Origin: a virus
Lineage: Duplodnaviria; Caudoviricetes
DNA length: 52,406 nucleotides
IMG/VR virus record: IMGVR_UViG_3300020042_009394
Location: 1 to 52,406 of that record
Strand: one strand, 5' to 3'
Position numbers and translations under genes: made by a program. Of this stretch, positions 49,060-52,406 are shown piece by piece. The notes below the pieces were generated by a model. That model worked only from the letters and a program-made list of their open reading frames with translations. It did not search any database and was not told the DNA's origin. Each line of letters starts with the position of its first letter. Within the stretch, counting starts at the first letter, position 1.

Positions 49060-49082
49060 GATTCAACACACCCCTGCACAGG

Positions 49083-49433
49083 TTATACGCTCAGTGCTTT
49101 CTTCATCAGTGTTAAGATCTCGTGTACATCTATGGCAGACCTACCAATCTTGGTGGCGTGCTTAGACAGGCCCTCGTACAGGTCGAAGTATTCATCCTCG
49201 TACCTATGCCGGTCGCCATGGCATTTTAAATGGTGAATTACTGTTGAGTGGTGTATATCCATGAGCTTCCCGATTCTCACGGTGTTTGCGCCAAAGTAAT
49301 TGGATAGGATATTAATTATACACGCCTTCGCTACTACCACATCGTACTTTCTGGTCTTGGTGTATTTGATATTGATGCCGGTCATTCTCGCTGCCTCATC
49401 TACTAGTGATTCGAATTGTTCTTGGATACTCAT
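49083..49433 (-). CDS. DnaA domain-IV-like HTH protein
   Basis: TRKYDVVVAK..TVRIGKLMDIHHSTVIHH parallels the DnaA signature R...V.AR..IG..F.RDHSTV.H. Confidence 0.7.
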   Translation of the reverse strand: MSIQEQFESLVDEAARMTGINIKYTKTRKYDVVVAKACIINILSNYFGANTVRIGKLMDIHHSTVIHHLKCHGDRHRYEDEYFDLYEGLSKHATKIGRSAIDVHEILTLMKKALSV

Positions 49434-51856
49434 TGATTTGCTTTTAATAGTTCATACGCTTTTACTAATTCAATAACCTGGTCGCACATCTCCTCATTCA
49501 CAATCTTGAGTGATCTTAGCAACGCCTTTTGGTCCGCCACGTTGAGTTCCTCTACCTTGGTTAAGCCTTGGTTGATGGTTCTGAATAGCAGTCTCAGTTC
49601 TGATACTTTGTTCATAGGATTTTAGTTTTTCTGGTGAATAATTGTTTTGTTCGTAGATGTAAAGCATCCATTCGTTAAATGTTAACTCTCTCATAGGGTT
49701 TCTAATTTCTAAATTGGCAAAAAAGTAAGGTGGGTTTATAGGCCCACCTCTCCGGTTTGTGACGGATCGAATTCTTCGAACACAACCACGCTATCGCAGA
49801 GCTCTGGTATAAGATAGCGGAACCATTCACCTGTAGCCATTTTGAAATTGGCAAAGGCCTGGGCATCCTCAAGTCTCACCTTGACATGTGGGCAGTTCGT
49901 GTGTACCAAATAAGGCTTCTCCACCCGCACATCATTGTAGTAAATTTTTACTAACATAGGATTCGTTTTAGGGTTTTAAAATAATTGTTTTACTAAGGGT
50001 CGCTGCCATTCTTTTAGGTGTGGCAATACCTCATCAGGAGAAAAGTTTTTCAGATTCTGTATAAGATTTCGCTCGCTCTCCAGACCTTGGCTTACGATGT
50101 TGCTGCTATCTGAAAATTGATAGTAGAAATCGTGGCGGTCAATCTGTTTTATGAGCTCATCCAGAACCTCTAAACGTGTGTATTTTTTCATGGGTAACAT
50201 GTTGATGAGGAACCGCCCTCCATTCGATGGATTGCCTAAAGCGGAGCAGTTCGGGGGGTGTTATTCAATATCATAATTAATCGTGCCCTTCAAGTCAATA
50301 ACGCCCGTGTCAATGAGCATGGATGCATTGCGTACATAGAATGGTTGTAGCTTCCATACTTGGCCCGTGCTAATTAGTAGGGACCATGCCTGCAAAATGT
50401 CGGTGTCTGTCGGAGCGTATCCGCATCCGCCTTCGATAATTTCGCACGCTTCAAGGGTGGTTTGTGGTGTCATATGGGTTGGTTTTAAATTTCTTCGATA
50501 ATGCCTAGGAGCTCTGCAGCTGCAAGGAAAAGCGCAGCGGGTCCGAAGCGTTCACAATAAAGAAAGTAACAAGCTATGAAGCGGAGTGAAGACTTCACCA
50601 GGCTTACATAAAAGTGGGTTTTGTTTGGGTCTTGCGGTTGCATTTGTTTGGTGTTTTGATGAGGAGCTAGTACCGGCATCGCTCCGGTTTCGGTCGTTCC
50701 TACTAGCTCGGTATTTTATTGGCAGCATAGCTCCCAGGGTTCCAGGGTTTTGATTTGCTCCTGGTCAAGGCCCAGGCTCTGGATGATGAAGGCCGCAAGT
50801 CGTCTGCGGGTAGTGTCTTTTGATAGGTCATTGGAACCGATGGCCTCGGCTACTTCTGAACCTCTCATGCCTAGTACACGCTGGCAAAATTTTGCATCCT
50901 GGCCCAGGTAAAAACTGCGGCCTTTAATTACTAGGGTCCAGTCATGACCGAAGCCGTATGCGTTCGGTGTAGATACAATAATTGGTTTCATAGGTTTTAT
51001 GGTTTGATTAGTACCTGGGTGCCATCGAAGGCCACGGCCGTGCCGCCAGGTCGGGGGTATTTTAAGGGTTATTTTAGGGCGTTTTCTAGTTCTTCGATAG
51101 TTATACCAGCCTCAAGGCTTAGCCACTCTGTAAGGGGCTTTAAATCGCATTCTCGCACTATTACATCGGTGGATGTGCTGAAGACGTTGGAGGTAAGGCC
51201 GAAGGCAAAGATTAATTCGACTGGTGGTTGCAGTTCGCCATCCTGAATCCTATCTACAAGGTCATTAAAGGCGTGCTTCCATGGTACATCGGAGTAACTG
51301 CCGGTGGCCCATCCAGAAGCAAGGGTCGTGTACCCGTGGGCAATTTCAACGTCCCAATATCCTCTCCATGCATCGGTGCGAACATACTTAAAGCCATCGA
51401 CTCCGTTGGGGCTCTCCTCTTCGAAGTATTCACGCTCTCTAAATCCGAAGGGCTCGCACCAGAGGTAGCTTTTTTTGTCTTCGCCATGGATGGTAATAAC
51501 TGAATTGGCGTAATTCCATGCGTCACTTTCGCATGATTCACAGACATCGTTTCCGTCCTTATCAAAAGTGCAGAAATCGTTTTCGTCAAGTTCACGCTCA
51601 CAATGTGAGCACTTAATTGTTGGTTGGTTCATAGGGTTGGTGTTTTATGGTTTTAAATAAATCTTATTATAGGAAATTCGTAGTAGTGTGCAAACCAATT
51701 AATATTAAATTTTCGTGTAAACACATCCAGTGTATCTGGTATAAATCCTTGCCTTTCTGATTCTGCAATAAATTCTTCATCAGTACAACTTCCACATGGG
51801 AAATCATCGCTCGTTTTTTCGATGTCAAGCATGTATACCTTCATTTGTTTTTTCAT
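49430..51856 (-). CDS. Run of small early hypothetical genes (49430-49615, 49736-49957, 49976-~50191, 50261-50473, 50485-~50643, 50716-50991, 51069-51632 with N-terminal Zn finger, 51653-51856)
   Basis: ORF track; CC(C/T)ATG-type start contexts; separated by structured elements. Confidence 0.65.
50209..50252 (-). ncRNA. tRNA-like mini-element copy A
   Basis: GAACTGCTC/GGGCGGTTC stem; TCC-ATCGAAT-GGA T-arm-like hairpin; CCCCCC leader. Confidence 0.6.
50663..50709 (-). ncRNA. tRNA-like mini-element copy B
   Basis: GAGCTAGT/ACTAGCTC stem; ACCGG-AGCGATG-CCGGT hairpin. Confidence 0.7.
51011..51052 (-). ncRNA. tRNA-like mini-element copy C
   Basis: ACCTGG/CCAGGT stem; CGGC-ACG-GCCG; GCC-TTCGAT-GGC; CCCCC leader. 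Confidence 0.55.
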
Positions 51857-51876
51857 ATGGTTGGTGTTTTATGGTT
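51635..51876 (-). repeat. 18-nt direct repeat in 5' leaders (51635-51652 and 51859-51876)
   Basis: Minus strand AACCATAAAACACCAACC just before the ATG of two consecutive genes; variant at ~52070-52086. Confidence 0.7.
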
Positions 51877-51891
51877 CTGCCTTATGGCATT

Positions 51892-51939
51892 GGAGCTGCT
51901 CCGGTATTGCTCCGGTGTGACTGCTTAAGTCGGCAGCTC
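51892..51939 (-). ncRNA. tRNA-like mini-element copy D
   Basis: GAGCTGC/GCAGCTC stem; GACT-TAAGC-AGTC; CCGG-AGCAATA-CCGG; CCCCC leader. Confidence 0.7.
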
Positions 51940-51944
51940 GGGGG

Positions 51945-52067
51945 TTAAAATAAGAAGCTCTTAATCGCTTTAAGTGGCTTAGCCAGTGGGAGGCAAACAA
52001 TAAGGAAGAGAGAGCCAGCACAAAGGGTTAAGTTGATGGCGTAAACGATGGTTAAAAACGTGTTCAT
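51945..52067 (-). CDS. Small hydrophobic protein (40 aa, not in ORF track)
   Basis: MNTFLTIVYAINLTLCAGSLFLIVCLPLAKPLKAIKSFLF between elements E and D. Confidence 0.55.
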   Translation of the reverse strand: MNTFLTIVYAINLTLCAGSLFLIVCLPLAKPLKAIKSFLF

Positions 52068-52102
52068 GATTGGTTGGTTTTATGGTCCTGCATTATTGCA
52101 TT

Positions 52103-52149
52103 GGAACTGGTGGCAGTATCGCTCTGCCTTCGGGCTTTCCTACCAGTTC
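52103..52149 (-). ncRNA. tRNA-like mini-element copy E
   Basis: GAACTGGT/ACCAGTTC stem; GGCAG-AGCGATA-CTGCC; CCCCC leader. Confidence 0.7.
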
Positions 52150-52157
52150 GGGGGTAT

Positions 52158-52229
52158 CTATATGTTATCAGCTAGAGTAATAAGCAAGAAGACAATAACA
52201 ATGATAATAGCGGTGGTTGTGCTTTTCAT
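52158..52229 (-). CDS. Putative 23-aa single-TM peptide
   Basis: MKSTTTAIIIVIVFLLITLADNI; stop directly precedes element E. Confidence 0.4.
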   Translation of the reverse strand: MKSTTTAIIIVIVFLLITLADNI

Positions 52230-52241
52230 GTGGTTGTGTTT

Positions 52242-52406
52242 TTAACGTGTAAAGTAGGTATAGTTTTCTTCAAGTTCTTCAGGGATGGTTAATGCCCATC
52301 CAAAAGGCCCATCAGCCGATTCTGCTTCGTTCTCCCACCATTCATAAACATCATCGATGCTATTAAATGTTCGGTGACCTCCGCTATGCCCTCCGTCACA
52401 ATCTGA
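52242..52406 (-). CDS. Partial acidic hypothetical protein (5' end outside the window)
   Basis: Open frame ...SDCDGGHSGGHRTFNSIDDVYEWWENEAESADGPFGW...YFTR-stop. Confidence 0.55.
   Translation of the reverse strand, partial: SDCDGGHSGGHRTFNSIDDVYEWWENEAESADGPFGWALTIPEELEENYTYFTR

Noticed and set aside
50209-52149. CRISPR array or intrinsic terminator reading of the repeated elements
   Set aside because: Copies differ in sequence, are irregularly spaced by whole ORFs, have multi-stem structure and lack U-tracts.
4147-52245. All other plus-strand ORFs apart from 47116-47442
   Set aside because: They lie antisense to well-supported minus-strand genes and show no protein-like motifs.
1-52406. 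Stop-codon reassignment
   Set aside because: Standard code gives dense intact ORFs; TAA, TAG and TGA all end genes; no suppressor tRNA (the TAA and TGA anticodons are Leu and Ser).

Overview
This window is bacteriophage DNA, almost entirely minus-strand coded, from phage(s) of Bacteroidota. Host clues are a DUF4494-like gene, T9SS-tail-like domains, D-S/T-x glycosylation motifs and TAnnTTTG promoters. It has two compositionally distinct halves. Left half (1 to ~37.3 kb, about 30% GC in lines I spot-counted) resembles a large lytic phage: many small early genes behind a repeated GGCA-N12-TAnnTTYA promoter-like motif, DNA ligase, AdoMetDC, a secreted nuclease, a ~10 kb block of secreted/outer-membrane proteins (cohesin/dockerin, C-type lectin, CsgG-like, beta-barrels, stand-alone T9SS-CTD-like lipoproteins), tmRNA, five canonical tRNAs plus a 159-nt giant-variable-arm tRNA, ClpP, a glycosyltransferase cluster, a Cas4-like nuclease and a clamp-loader subunit. 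Right half (~37.3 kb to the end, about 40-55% GC in spot-counted lines) resembles a temperate phage early/replication region: dNMP kinase, resolvase, T7-type primase-helicase, initiator, YqaJ, Rad52-like SSAP, XRE repressor, tyrosine integrase, a DnaA-domain-IV-like protein, and five covarying ~45-nt tRNA-like mini-elements between the early genes. The best candidates for undescribed systems are the cohesin-dockerin/CsgG envelope module and the tRNA-like punctuation elements. All family assignments come from motif recognition by eye, not database searches.
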